Assembly (NCBI GenBank): GCA_951406725.2 | Contig: OX597824.1 | Location: 55,056,001-55,120,000 of the forward strand | Source of the DNA: Octopus vulgaris | Lineage: Eukaryota | Reading direction: 5' to 3' | Length of the DNA: 64,000 nt | Shown here: positions 1-13,361 of the stretch, in pieces | How the letters are laid out: each line of letters opens with the position of its first letter | How positions within the stretch are numbered: position 1 is the stretch's first letter | Program-made: the position numbers and the translations under genes | Notes under the pieces: generated by a model | What the model was told of the DNA's origin: nothing | What the model saw: the letters and a program-made list of their open reading frames with translations, nothing else | The model's database searches: none

Positions 1-85
1 TTATAAACACCTTCCACGCTGCAATTGTTTTCGTTTCAGCACACAATCTCAGATCAAATTACTTGCTATGCGAGTACATCTCCGT

Positions 86-88
<3 letters not shown>
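1..88 (+). mobile_element. 3' end of a short repeat family (the family carrying the G3-C8 hammerhead)
   Basis: Near-identical to 9815-9901 and to the reverse complement of about 53272-53360; followed by (AT)n. Confidence 0.75.
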
Positions 89-455
<367 letters not shown>

Positions 456-485
456 TACCCACTCTTTCTATTTGACTGGGGGGCT

Positions 486-544
<59 letters not shown>

Positions 545-549
<5 letters not shown>

Positions 550-895
550 ATGTTACATTACTCGGTAGTCAAGATAAAACTCTGAGTTTCAGATGCCGAA
601 GTGGAAATCCACAACACCATCTCTTCGGTTATCTGGCTATTTGAAAACGTTATGAAAAAATACCGTTAAAAATGAAGGGAAATTACTCTGTTATAACTCT
701 GCTTTGCCTGCGTACTTATACATCGCTCGCATTTTTCGTCATAAAAATTATATAAAAATACATAAAAATATATAAAAATATATAAAAATATATAAAATCT
801 TCTTGGGATATAACACAGAAAGCATGTTCTATCCGTTTTCTTTAGGGGACCAAAAACGTAACAGAAATTTAGTCACATGTGGGCATGATCCGAAA
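545..895 (-). mobile_element. 3' end of a Naiad-type PLE with hammerhead motif (566-639)
   Basis: Almost identical to 7430-7780; encodes the C-terminal [21 protein letters not shown]. Confidence 0.85.
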
Positions 896-913
896 TATAT
901 ATATACACATATA

Positions 914-1048
<135 letters not shown>

Positions 1049-1074
1049 TTTATTTTAGCAGCAGAAAATTCAAC

Positions 1075-1122
1075 AAAATCTGTTACTCTGAGTTTCTCGT
1101 TGCCGTTCATCAGACAGTTTTT
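1075..1122 (-). ncRNA. Minimal type I hammerhead ribozyme
   Basis: Reverse complement of 1905-1952. Confidence 0.8.
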
Positions 1123-1904
1123 GCTAGAATGGAACATATATATCAATTCAATCTATACTCTTACAAACGCTACACCTTTAAAAAGAAATGGACTTGTTTG
1201 ATTGGCCCTTTAGAAAAAACGGTCAATCTTCGAGCGATAAACAAAAAGGTCAAAAATATATGTATATATATATATATATATAAAAAAAACTTATAAAAAT
1301 TATAAAATCCGAGGAAAAAACCTACATTGAATAAAATACATATTGACGTTAATGAAGAAAGTGCAAATTAATGCATAGAAATTAAAGCTGTTATAAATAT
1401 TACACTGCAATACATAATTATATTAAAATCTACATATATATATCAACATACACAAAATTATGCGTGCAAACGCCATACATATACAGACGTGCGAGATGGT
1501 TTTGCGTGAATATATGTACACATGCTTTTATGTGTATATTTAGATTTATATTCATACGTCTGTATATGTATGGCGTTTGCACGCATAATTTTGTGTATGT
1601 TGATATATATATATGTAGATTTTAATATAATTATGTATTGCAGTGTAATATTTATAACAGCTTTAATTTCTATGCATTAATTTGCACTTTCTTCATTAAC
1701 GTCAATATGTATTTTATTCAATGTAAGGTTTTTTTCCTCGGATTTTATAATTTTTATAAGTTTTATATATATATAAATATATATACATATATTTTTGACC
1801 TTTTTGTTTATCGCTCGAAGATTGATCAAACAAGTCCATTTCTTTTTAAAGGTGTAGCGTTTGTAAGAGTATAGATTGAATTGATATATCAGTTCCATTC
1901 TAGC

Positions 1905-1952
1905 AAAAACTGTCTGATGAACGGCAACGAGAAACTCAGAGTAACAGATTTT
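1905..1952 (+). ncRNA. Minimal type I hammerhead ribozyme
   Basis: ctgt-CTGATGA-a cg gcaa cg a-GAAA-ctcagag-TA-acag; stem I ctgt/acag, GUA cleavage triplet. Confidence 0.85.
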
Positions 1953-2050
1953 GTTGAATTTTCTGCTGCTTAAAATAAAGCATATTACTCTACCACTGGT
2001 ATTTGAGTACTCTTTTTTCCACCTTGTTTCACATTTATGTGTTTACTCCG

Positions 2051-2153
<103 letters not shown>

Positions 2154-2161
2154 CATATATA

Positions 2162-2194
<33 letters not shown>

Positions 2195-2357
2195 GTGTAT
2201 ATATATATATATATATATGTGTATATATATATATATATGTGTATATATATATATATGTGTGTATATATATATATGTATGTATATATATATATATATGTAT
2301 GTATGTATGTATATATATATATGTGTGTATATATATATATATGTGTATATATATATG

Positions 2358-2388
<31 letters not shown>

Positions 2389-2439
2389 GTGTGTATATAT
2401 ATATATGTGTGTGTGTATATATATATATGTGTATATATA

Positions 2440-2488
<49 letters not shown>

Positions 2489-2669
2489 GTGTGTATATAT
2501 ATATATATGTGTATATATATATATGTGTGTGTATATATATATATACACATATATATATATGTGTGTGTATATATATATATACACATATATATATATGTGT
2601 GTGTGTATATATATATACACATATATATATATATGTGTGTGTATATATATATACACACACATATATATA

Positions 2670-2744
<75 letters not shown>

Positions 2745-3409
2745 ACCTTTATTTTTTCATATATTTTTATATTTTTACACATAATTATTTTTTCTGTACT
2801 CTTCCATCCTGCATTTTTTCCTGTTTCTATATAGACGTGTATACAGATTCATTTGTACACATTTGTGAATATGCATGTGTGGGCGGGTGTGTATGTATAT
2901 AGATGTGTGCGGGCATAAGAATACATATATATATAGACGTTTTTACTTTGTATTTTTTACAATGTTTTCCGGTTTCTTTACAGCGTATCTATAATCTATT
3001 TTGTGTATGCATGTGTGTGTATGCATGTGTGTGTATGCGTATATAAACATGTGCGGGTATGTACATATATGGGCGTGTGTGTGTATGCGTGCATAAGGGC
3101 ATGTCCGTATATGAACGTGGTTTTACGCTTTGTATACTTCCTTATGCTTTTTCTGTATTGTTACCTTTAACCTCGTTTTTTTGTACTTGTGCATATATAG
3201 GATATATGTATGAACCTTTACGGTATGCATGTGTGTGTATGAGTTCGTATATATATGCGTATACATTTGGCGAAAAATGCGAGTAAAGATGTGTACGTTT
3301 TCATAGTGACGTATACGTATGCACGTGGATGCGCGAGCGCACAAGTGAGCGGATGAGTAGCCATGCTTACGAGTTTACTATGAATTTTTAACCTTAATTT
3401 ATATAAGTA

Positions 3410-3565
3410 GCGGAATTATAACAGTAATTTCCCTTTGAATAACGGTATTTTTTCATAGCGTTTTTCAGATGGCCAGATAACCGAAGAGATGGTGTTGTGG
3501 ATTTCCACTTCGGCATCCGAAAATCAGAGTTTTATCTTGGCTATAGAATAATGGTAACATATTAA
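3410..3565 (+). mobile_element. Diverged Naiad-type PLE 3' terminus with hammerhead (3470-3543)
   Basis: Homologous to 9495-9645; ccagataa-CCGAAGA-gatg..catc-cGAAA-..ttatcttgg. Confidence 0.75.
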
Positions 3566-3582
3566 TTTACAGATATATATAT

Positions 3583-5625
3583 AGTGGCCATGTGAACGCG
3601 AATGGGCCCCAACTATGCGAACCTGTTCGTTCGCTATGTTGAGGCCCAAATATTCTCTAGTTTCACTGGTCCCACTCCCGAACTATACGGTCGTTACATT
3701 GACAACATTATCGGTGCCACTTGACTCTCCCGTGAACATCTAGACTCCTTCATCTCTTTCGTTCAATCCTTCCATCCTGCCCTCCACTTCACCTGCACTA
3801 TCTCCAACACCTCTGTTTCCTTCCTCGACATTTCGGTCAGCATTCATCACTCCACTCTTACCACCTCCATTCATTACAAACAAACAGACTCACACTCATA
3901 CCTCAACTTCTCTTCCTCCCACCCCAAACACACCAAGCTTTCCATCCCCTATTCATAATTCCTCCATCTACGTCGGCTCTGTAGTGATGACCATGACCTT
4001 GAGACTCAGTCTCAACTCATGGCTCGCCACTTCATTCTACGTGGATACCCCCTCACCACTATCCACACCGCCCTTGCCAGAGCATGTTCCGTAGACCGTG
4101 CATCTGCTCTTTTCCCCCGAACCCGCCCTGCAGTCTCCCACCTCCCTTTTCCCCTCACTTACCACCCCACCACCCTACCTCTCCAACGCACCATTCTTCG
4201 AGCCTTCCGGCATCTCCAGTCCGACCCGTCCACTTCACACCTCTTCCCTAACCGACCCTCCCCTCCTTCAAACGAGCCCATAATCTACGAGACCTCTTGG
4301 TCCACAGCTTCTTCCCTGACCCTACCTCCCAGCCTGGCTCGTTCCCTTGCTCCCGCCCACGTTGCTGCACTTGCAACACCACCTCTCCAACACCACCCTC
4401 CTCACCGGCACCTATCATCGACCCCATCGCATCATCGACTCCTTCACCTGCACCTCCAGCAATATCATCTATTGCATCTCCTGCTCTCTCTCTGCCATTC
4501 CCTAAACATCGGACAAACGGGACGCAGCTTGGCTGACCGGTTCGCGGAACACCTCCGAGACATCCGCCTCGCCAATGACACTCCAGTCTCACGCCATTTT
4601 CGCTCCACCGGTCACTCCTTGCAACACCTGTCTGTGTTCGGATTGTCCTTGCACAGAGGCCATCCGGATTCCCGCTTGCGCCGTGAACAGGGATTAATCT
4701 TCTCTCTTCACTTTTTAAAGCCATTTGGGCTCAACTCTCCCCACTTTCATCTAACCTCCCCCCCGACTCCTACTTCTCTTCAGTCCTTCATCTTTTCACC
4801 CCTACTCTCTTTCCCTCCTCTTCTCTTCTTTCTCTTCTACCCCCTTCTTCCCTCTTCTCCCTCTTCTTCTCTCTTCTTCCCTCTTCACCTTCTCTCTTTC
4901 TCTCTGCTCCCTCACTCCCCTTCTCTCCCCTCTCCCTCCCCCTCTGCCTCTCCCTCCTCTCTCCCCCTCATCTCCTCTCTCCCCTCCTCCTCTCTCCCTC
5001 TCTTCCTCCCCCTCTCCCTCTCCCCCATCCCCACTTTACCCCAACCCCCGGCTTAACCCACACCCCACCTGGGCTTTTCCCACCATCGCCTCCCCCACCT
5101 CCCCACAACATCACACTACACTACACCATACAACATTACACATCACATCACAACACACCACCCACAGCACACCGCCCACACACACATCCCAACATCTTTA
5201 CACCTACACATACATACACATATCACATCACAACACACCACCCACACTCCCATCCCCACATCTCCACACCCACACATGCATACACTCACACGTCCAGACC
5301 ACCAGCCCTCTTTCACACACACATACATACTCTCTTATACACACACGCACCTTTGTGTTGGGGGCACCTCCGTTTTGGAAGTCACTTGACCCTGTTATCT
5401 CCCCTGACCACTGTCCGAAGTCAGGACACCATGATAGATCGTTAGCTCCTTACACGCATTTTTTTTCTCTCCTTGTTTTTTTCTGTGTATCTTTCTGTCG
5501 AGAGCGTAGACACGAAACGTAAAAGACTTGTTCTATTTCTATTCCTGTGCGCCATACTAATACATTTGTTTGTTTGTACTCCACCTGCATTCGTCTTTTG
5601 TTTATTTTCGTATACCTTCCCGTTA
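3583..5625 (+). mobile_element. 5'-truncated, decayed Neptune-type PLE (RT C-terminus, GIY-YIG, 3' UTR with HHR 5490-5526)
   Basis: TRMGPNYANLF and IGQTGRSLADRFAEH motifs; homologous to 29339-31445; ends ttcccgtt then (AT)n. Confidence 0.9.
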
Positions 5626-5967
5626 TATATATATGTATATGTATATATATATCTATATATATATGTATATGTATGTGTATGTATATATTTATATATATAT
5701 ATATATGTATATATATATGTATATGTATATATATGTGTATGTATATATATATGCTTATGTATATAGGTATATGTATTTATATGTATATATATGTATATGT
5801 ATATATATGTATATATATATATGTATATATATATATGTATATATATGTATATATATGTATATATATATATATATATGTATATATATGTATGTATATATGT
5901 ATATATATGTATGTATATATGTATATATATGTATGTATATGTATATATAAGTATGTATATGTATGTG

Positions 5968-6232
5968 TATACTTATTCTATCGGTTCTTTTGCCGAACCG
6001 CTAAGTAACGGGGACATAAACACACCAGCATCGTTTGTCAAGCAATGCTAGGGGGACAAACATACACACACACGCATATATACACATATACATATATACA
6101 GTTTCCGTCTACCAAATCCACTCACAAGGCTTTGGTCGGCCCGAGGCTATAGTAGAAGACACTTGCCCAAGGTGAACCCGGAACCATGTGGTTGGTAATC
6201 AAGCTACTTACCACACAGCCACTCCTGCGCCT
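5968..6232 (-). mobile_element. tRNA-derived SINE (partial)
   Basis: Homologous to 18030-18320. Confidence 0.75.
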
Positions 6233-6267
6233 GTGTATATATATATGTATATATATAAATATGTATA

Positions 6268-7326
6268 TACCTCCAGCAATATCATCTATTGCATCTCCTG
6301 CTCTCTCTGCCATTCCCTGTACATCGGACAAACGGGACGCCGCTTGGCTGACCGGTTTGCAGAACACCTCCGAGACATCCACCTGGCCAATGACACACCG
6401 GTCTCACGCCATTTCCGCTCCACCGGTCACTCCTTGGAACACCTGTCTGTGTTCGGATTGCCCTTGCACAGAGGCCATCCGGATTCCCGTTTGCGCCGTG
6501 AACAGGGATTAATCTTCTCTCTTCGCTCTTTTACGCCATTTGGTCTCAACTCTCCCCCCTTTTCATCTAAACCCCCACCCCTTTTTCATCTAACCTCCCC
6601 CCCGACTCCTACTTCTCTTCAGTCCTTCATCTTTTCACCCCTACTCTCTTTCCCTTCTCTTCCCTTCTTCCCTCTTCTTCTTTCTTCTTCCCTCTTCCCC
6701 CTCTCTCTTTCTCTCTTCTTCCTCACTCCCCTTCTCTTCCCCTTCTCCTCCTCTCCATCTCCCCTCCCCCTCCCCTCCTCTCTCCATTTTCCCTCCTCCT
6801 CTCCCCTCCCCTCATCTCCTCTCCCCCCCCCTCATCTCCTCTCTCCCCCCCTCATCTCCTCTCTCCCCCCCACCACACTGCTCTACACCATACGATATTA
6901 CACATCACATCATACATACATACACACGTCTAGACCACCAGCCCTCTTCCACATGCACATACATACTCTCTTATGCACACACGCACCTTCAGGTTGGAGC
7001 AAGGTCACTTGACCCTGTTATCTCCCCTACTATCTCTCTAGCGTCTAACGTCTGACCTCTAACGTTTGGCATCCGATCTCTGACTTCTGAAATCAGAACG
7101 CCAAAATTTGATCGTTAGCCCCTACACGCAATTTTTTTCTCTCCTTGTTTCTTTTCTGTGTATCTTTCTGTCGAAGAGCGTAGGCTCGAAACGTAAATGA
7201 CTTGTTTTATTTCTGTTCCTGAGCGCCATACTAATACAGTGTTTGTTTGTACTCCACCTGCCTTCGTCTCTTGTTTATTTTCGTAAACCTGCCTTCGTCT
7301 TTTGTTTATTTTCGTAAACCTTCCCG

Positions 7327-7328
<2 letters not shown>
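6268..7328 (+). mobile_element. Neptune-type PLE 3' fragment (GIY-YIG and 3' UTR, HHR 7163-7200)
   Basis: NIIYCISCSLCHSLYIGQTGRRLADRFAEH; ends ttcccgtt then (AT)n. Confidence 0.9.
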
Positions 7329-7360
<32 letters not shown>

Positions 7361-7427
7361 ATAAAACGGTAAGATAACAAAAGAAAGAAAGAGACCTCAA
7401 TATTATGTAAATAGAGGAAATTTATCT

Positions 7428-8468
7428 ATACAATATGTTATATTACTCGGTAGTCAAGATAAAACTCTGAGTTTCAGATGCCGAAGTGGAAATCCACAAC
7501 ACCATCTCTTCGGTTATCTGGCTATTTGAAAACGTTATGAAAAAATACCGTTAAAAATGAAGGGAAATTACTCTGTTATAACTCTGCTTTGCCTGCGTAC
7601 TTATACATCGCTCGCATTTTTCGTCATAAAAATTATATAAAAATACATAAAAATATATAAAAATATATAAAAATATATAAAATCTTCTTGGGACATAACA
7701 CAGAAAGCATGTTCTATCCGTTTTCTTTAGGGGACCAAAAACGTAACAGAAATTTAGTCACATGTGGGCATGATCCGAAAAGCTCTGTCCTTGTATTTAG
7801 ACATGTGGTAGGGTCTAAGCTGCTTTTCCAGATAAGCCATCTCTCCATGTCGCATAAACCGCACCTTCCGCTGCCGTTAGTGTAGGGCTTACATCTGGCC
7901 AAAATCTTCCATTGTATGTTATAATCGACACCTTTATCTCTTAAAGACCAAATATGATTGGATAATTGTGTCGCTTTTCTTTTGTTCCAGTGCCTAAAGC
8001 TCAAAGTGTGGTTATTGAACCTGGCCTTGAAATTACCCTCTGTCAGGCCCACGTATTTCTTCGTCGAAACGGTGTCTTTAGTGGTTATAGAGTTTACGGT
8101 AGCTTCATATATGATGGTCTTGGACATGCAAGCTCCATTTAGCGGGCACAATTCTTTATTCCTGCATGAACAGCTGTTTTCTTCTTGTGTTTTTTGTATG
8201 TTGTGATTGATTATGTTTTTAAAATTGGTAGTTGAACTAAAACTAATTTTTAAATTGTGTCTATTGAAGAGTTTCCTATAAGCATGGTTAACTGGAAAAT
8301 GTCTATCTATCAGTGCTAGGAAATATTTACCTATATTGAAGGCCACCTTGGGTGAGTAAGGGGGCGTAAACCAGATGACCTTCCTATTTCTATTATTCCT
8401 TTTCCTTACTGTTGGGCTGGTGATAGGTGTGTATTTTATTTTTTCGCTAAAACCACTATCTTTTAAAG
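7428..8468 (-). mobile_element. Naiad-type PLE fragment, inverted copy (GIY-YIG ORF 7714-8346; HHR 7451-7524)
   Basis: Reverse complement of 8630-9650. Confidence 0.9.
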
Positions 8469-8556
8469 TTTCTTCCTCTTACTAATATTTTTAACTAAAT
8501 TTTTGAATACTATAGGGGGATGGCATGAACCTACATTAATATAACTTAGTCTATCA

Positions 8557-9384
8557 TTGGATAAGAGGATTTCTAGCCTCTCATCTAATGAGGACATCTT
8601 CAATAGCGTTGCCCCAGTTTATAATAAAGCTTTAAAAGATAGTGGTTTTAGCGAAAAAATAAAATACACACCTATCACCAGCCCAACAGTAAGGAAAAGG
8701 AATAATAGAAATAGGAAGGTCATCTGGTTTACGCCCCCTTACTCACCCGAGGTGGCCTTCAATATAGGTAAATATTTCCTAGCACTGATAGATAGACATT
8801 TTCCAGTTAACCATGCTTATAGGAAACTCTTCAATAGACACAATTTAAAAATTAGTTTTAGTTCAACTACCAATTTTAAAAACATAATCAATCACAACAT
8901 ACAAAAAACACAAGAAGAAAACAGCTGTTCATGCAGGAATAAAGAATTGTGCCCGCTAAATGGAGCTTGCATGTCCAAGACCATCATATATGAAGCTACC
9001 GTAAACTCTATAACCACTAAAAACACCGTTTCGACGAAGAAATACGTGGGCCTGACAGAGGGTAATTTCAAGGCCAGGTTCAATAACCACACTTTGAGCT
9101 TTAGGCACTGGAACAAAAGAAAAGTGACACAATTATCCAATCATATTTGGTCTTTAAGAGATAAAGGTGTCGATTATAACATACAATGGAAGATTTTGGC
9201 CAGATGTAAGCCCTACACTAACGGCAGCGGAAGGTGCGGTTTATGCGACATGGAGAGATGGCTTATCTGGAAAAGCAGCTTAGACCCTACCACATGTCTA
9301 AATACAAGGACAGAGCTTTTCGGATCATGCCCACATGTGACTAAATTTCTGTTACGTTTTTGGTCCCCTAAAGAAAACGGATAG
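8557..9384 (+). CDS. C-terminal part of a Naiad-type PLE protein (Cys linker and GIY-YIG endonuclease), 5'-truncated
   Basis: VIWFTPPY; CSCRNKELCPLNGAC; IIYEATV..YVGLTE..FKARFNNH; CGLC..E..LNTRTE..CPH. Confidence 0.85.
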   Translation: MDKRISSLSSNEDIFNSVAPVYNKALKDSGFSEKIKYTPITSPTVRKRNNRNRKVIWFTPPYSPEVAFNIGKYFLALIDRHFPVNHAYRKLFNRHNLKISFSSTTNFKNIINHNIQKTQEENSCSCRNKELCPLNGACMSKTIIYEATVNSITTKNTVSTKKYVGLTEGNFKARFNNHTLSFRHWNKRKVTQLSNHIWSLRDKGVDYNIQWKILARCKPYTNGSGRCGLCDMERWLIWKSSLDPTTCLNTRTELFGSCPHVTKFLLRFWSPKENG

Positions 9385-9553
9385 AACATGCTTTCTGTGT
9401 TATGTCCCAAGAAGATTTTATATATTTTTATGTATTTTTATATAATTTTTATGACGAAAAATGCGAGCGATGTATAAGTACGCAGGCAAAGCAGAGTTAT
9501 AACAGAGTAATTTCCCTTCATTTTTAACGGTATTTTTTCATAACGTTTTCAAA

Positions 9554-9627
9554 TAGCCAGATAACCGAAGAGATGGTGTTGTGGATTTCCACTTCGGCAT
9601 CTGAAACTCAGAGTTTTATCTTGACTA
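9554..9627 (+). ncRNA. Type I hammerhead variant (core CCGAAGA) in the Naiad 3' UTR
   Basis: agataa-CCGAAGA-gatg..catc-tGAAA-ctcagag-TT-ttatct. Confidence 0.7.
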
Positions 9628-9652
9628 CCGAGTAATGTAACATATTGTATAG

Positions 9653-9701
<49 letters not shown>

Positions 9702-9709
9702 GCACGGAC

Positions 9710-9759
9710 TTTGTCAGAGAACAGGTCGCGGATTTTAGCGACGAAAATATTTTGACAAA
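9710..9759 (+). ncRNA. Hammerhead-like motif with G3-C8 swapped core (GAGAACA)
   Basis: tttgtca-GAGAACA-g gtcgc..gcgac-GAAA-atat-TT-tgacaaa; 7-bp stem I, 5-bp stem II. Confidence 0.6.
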
Positions 9760-9899
9760 TTAAACTTAAATGTTGAAGTGAATCGAACGGCTTTTGTGTG
9801 TTTCTTAAATGGCTTATAAACACCTTCCACGCTGCAATTGTTTTCGTTTCAGCACACGATCTCAGATCAAATTACTTGCTATGCGAGTACATCTCCGTA

Positions 9900-9965
<66 letters not shown>

Positions 9966-10005
9966 TATATATATATATATGCATATATATGTATATATAT
10001 ATATG

Positions 10006-10090
<85 letters not shown>

Positions 10091-10094
10091 GTAT

Positions 10095-10172
<78 letters not shown>

Positions 10173-10258
10173 ATGTATATGTATATATATATGTATAATG
10201 TATATATATATGTATATGTATATATATATGTATATGTATATATATATATATGTATATA

Positions 10259-10299
<41 letters not shown>

Positions 10300-10322
10300 G
10301 TATATATATATGTATAATGTAT

Positions 10323-10422
<100 letters not shown>

Positions 10423-10425
10423 GTA

Positions 10426-10752
10426 TGGCTCAGTGGTTAGAGCGTCGAGCTTACGATCGTGAGGTTGTGAGCTCGAATCCCGGACCGGGCTGCGTGTTGT
10501 GTTCTTGAGCAAAACACTTTATTTCACGTTGCTCCAGTTCACTCAGCTGTAGAAATGAGTTGCGACGTTACTGGTTCCAAGCTGTATCGACCTTTGTCTT
10601 TCCCTTGGATAACACTGGTGGCGTGGAGAGGGGAGGCCGGTATGCATGGGCGACTGCTGGTCTTCCATAAACAACCTTGCCCGGACTTGTGTCTAGGAGG
10701 GTAACTTTCTAGGTGCAATCCCATGGTCATTCATGACCGAAGGGGGTCATTT
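10426..10752 (+). mobile_element. tRNA-derived SINE
   Basis: A box TGGCTCAGTGG (10426), B-box-like GAGCTCGAATCC (10469), central gtgttcttgagcaaaacactt domain; flanked by (AT)n. Confidence 0.85.
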
Positions 10753-10773
10753 AAATTTTTTATGTATATATAT

Positions 10774-10805
<32 letters not shown>

Positions 10806-10863
10806 GTATATGTATATATATATATATGTATATGTATATATATATATATGTATATGTATATAT

Positions 10864-10909
<46 letters not shown>

Positions 10910-10917
10910 GTATATAT

Positions 10918-10951
<34 letters not shown>

Positions 10952-10957
10952 ATATAC

Positions 10958-13162
10958 ACACCCACTAACATCAAAAAGTCCTGGCAGTCACTTGTAGACA
11001 CCATCACGAACATATGTGCAAGACACACCCCATTAAGATTTGTAAACAAATCTAAGTGTCGAATCCCTAGAAATAGAAAATCTCTCATAAGGAAAATTAA
11101 AAGAATCAACAAAAAGATCAACATGCTGAAATACTGTCAACAGCAACACACCAACCTGACTGCCATCTCGTCGCTAGAGATTAAAAAACATAAACTCCAA
11201 AACAACATGATGTCTATCATCAATAGTCAGCGAAGAGCTGAAGAGGCCTGGGCCATTGAGAAGATCAAACTCAATCCCAAAGTGTTCTTTTCATTTGCAA
11301 AAAAACACAGTCACTGGTTCTACTGTTGGCCCTCTGATTGATGAAAATGGTACTCTTCAAGACAATGCTCAAACCATGGGAGAGATATTGCAGAAACAAT
11401 ATTGCTCTGTTTTCAGCAATCCTGATATGACTGATCTGGGCTGTATCAGTGATGTTACTCCCCAATACACTTTATCGGACATAACATTTGGCGCTCCTGA
11501 TGTCTTAGCAGCAATAAAGGAAATGAAGCATAATCCAGCAGTAGGTCCCGATAGGTTCCCTGCTTGTGTCTTGAAGATGTGTCAAAACCAACTTGCACCC
11601 CCTCTAGCCAATCTGTGGCGGAACTCACTGGATGCTGGATATATACCAGAAGACCTTCTATCCCAGTCTGTTGTCCCAGTTTTCAAAAAAGGAAACAAAT
11701 CGCTTGCCGTGAATTACCGTCCAGTCTCACTCACCTCTCATATCATCAAGGTATTTGAGAGGGTGCTGAGATCGCATATGACTCACTTCCTTGAGAGTCA
11801 TAATATGCTGAACCCCAACCAGCATGGATTCCGTAATGGGAGAGATTGCCTGACACAGCTACTGCATCATTTTGATGACATTTTGAGAGCCTTGGGAGAA
11901 GGTTCCAACACTGATGTCATCTACCTTGATTTCAGCAAAGCCTTTGACAGGGTTGATCATAAGATCCTTCTGAGAAAGCTGTCCAATATTGGTGTCACTG
12001 GAAAGCTGCTGCAGTGGATCAAGTGCTTCCTGTCTAACAGAACCCAACATGTTGTAGTCGAAGGAGTCAAATCCAGCCCAGCCAAAGTCAGCAGTGGTGT
12101 CCCACAAGGCACTGTGTTGGGCCCACTTCTCTTCATCATCTACATAAATGATATTACTGACACCATCAAACACAGTAACATCAGAACCTTCGCTGATGAT
12201 TCCAAGCTCCAGAAGGTCATCAATGGCATGGATGACCGAATAAACCTTCAGTCAGACCTAATGGCTGTTGTCCAATGGGCGGAAAAGAATAACATGTTGC
12301 TAAATGAAGACAAATTCGAACTGATCCACTTTGGAAGGGAGGACGCTCTGAAACTCCCATACTCTCTTCCTTCTGGAGAAATTCTCATGGCATTCAACAA
12401 CATCAGAGACCTGGGAGTAACAGTGGACAACAACATAAGCTGGGCTACACATATAAGCAGCAAAGTTGACATGGCCCGCAGAATGTGTTCCTGGATTCTC
12501 AGAACCTTCCAGTCGAGAGATTCCCACGCTATTATCCTTCTCTTCTCCACTTTTGCCCGACCCCACCTTGAATACTGCTGTCCACTGTGGTCTCCCTACA
12601 CAAAACAAAATATTATGAGAATTGAAGCTCCCCAAAGATCAATCACAAAAAAGATAGATGGCATGTCAGACCTTGACTACTGGGGTAGACTAGAGAAGCT
12701 GAAATTGTATTCACTCCAACGACGCCGTGAACGCTTCATTATCTGTATGATGTGGAAAATATTCCACCAGCACTGTCCGAATGATGTTGGCATCACCTTC
12801 AAAATGCATCCAAGGCTTGGACCACGTGCCATCCGTCCACAACAAAAATCTAAATCGCATCACATAACGACAATACGTCACAACTATTTCACCTCAATTG
12901 GACCTGCTCTCTTCAACATTACACCAGGGCACGTCAAAAAAGAAACTGACCACACAAAATTCAAGAAGTCTTTGGACAAATTCCTTCAAACAGTACCGGA
13001 CAAACCACCCACACCCGGATATGTCTCCGCAAACAATAACTCTCTGCTCGAATGGGCCTTGGTGCCCAAATCCTGAACTGAAAGACTTCGCCAGGTGGTG
13101 CTATTAAGTTAGACATGGCCTGGGCCAATACTGGCCAAAACCTTTCTAAGTTATTCTAAGTT
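10958..13162 (+). mobile_element. 5'-truncated CR1-type LINE
   Basis: ORF2 remnant with a frameshift near 11300; 3' tail (ttctaagtta)2. Confidence 0.9.
11256..13076 (+). CDS. LINE ORF2 reverse transcriptase (CR1-type, partial)
   Basis: [48 protein letters not shown]. Confidence 0.9.
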   Translation: MRRSNSIPKCSFHLQKNTVTGSTVGPLIDENGTLQDNAQTMGEILQKQYCSVFSNPDMTDLGCISDVTPQYTLSDITFGAPDVLAAIKEMKHNPAVGPDRFPACVLKMCQNQLAPPLANLWRNSLDAGYIPEDLLSQSVVPVFKKGNKSLAVNYRPVSLTSHIIKVFERVLRSHMTHFLESHNMLNPNQHGFRNGRDCLTQLLHHFDDILRALGEGSNTDVIYLDFSKAFDRVDHKILLRKLSNIGVTGKLLQWIKCFLSNRTQHVVVEGVKSSPAKVSSGVPQGTVLGPLLFIIYINDITDTIKHSNIRTFADDSKLQKVINGMDDRINLQSDLMAVVQWAEKNNMLLNEDKFELIHFGREDALKLPYSLPSGEILMAFNNIRDLGVTVDNNISWATHISSKVDMARRMCSWILRTFQSRDSHAIILLFSTFARPHLEYCCPLWSPYTKQNIMRIEAPQRSITKKIDGMSDLDYWGRLEKLKLYSLQRRRERFIICMMWKIFHQHCPNDVGITFKMHPRLGPRAIRPQQKSKSHHITTIRHNYFTSIGPALFNITPGHVKKETDHTKFKKSLDKFLQTVPDKPPTPGYVSANNNSLLEWALVPKS

Positions 13163-13174
13163 ATATATATATAT

Positions 13175-13316
<142 letters not shown>

Positions 13317-13361
13317 GTATATGTATATATATATATGTATATGTATGTATATATATATATA

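Noticed and set aside
8557-9550. Selenocysteine recoding or SECIS, as in some Naiad elements
   Set aside because: No in-frame TGA in the ORF; ATGA near 9451 lacks a convincing SECIS stem
10426-10495. tRNA gene
   Set aside because: A and B boxes present but no complete cloverleaf; continues into a SINE body
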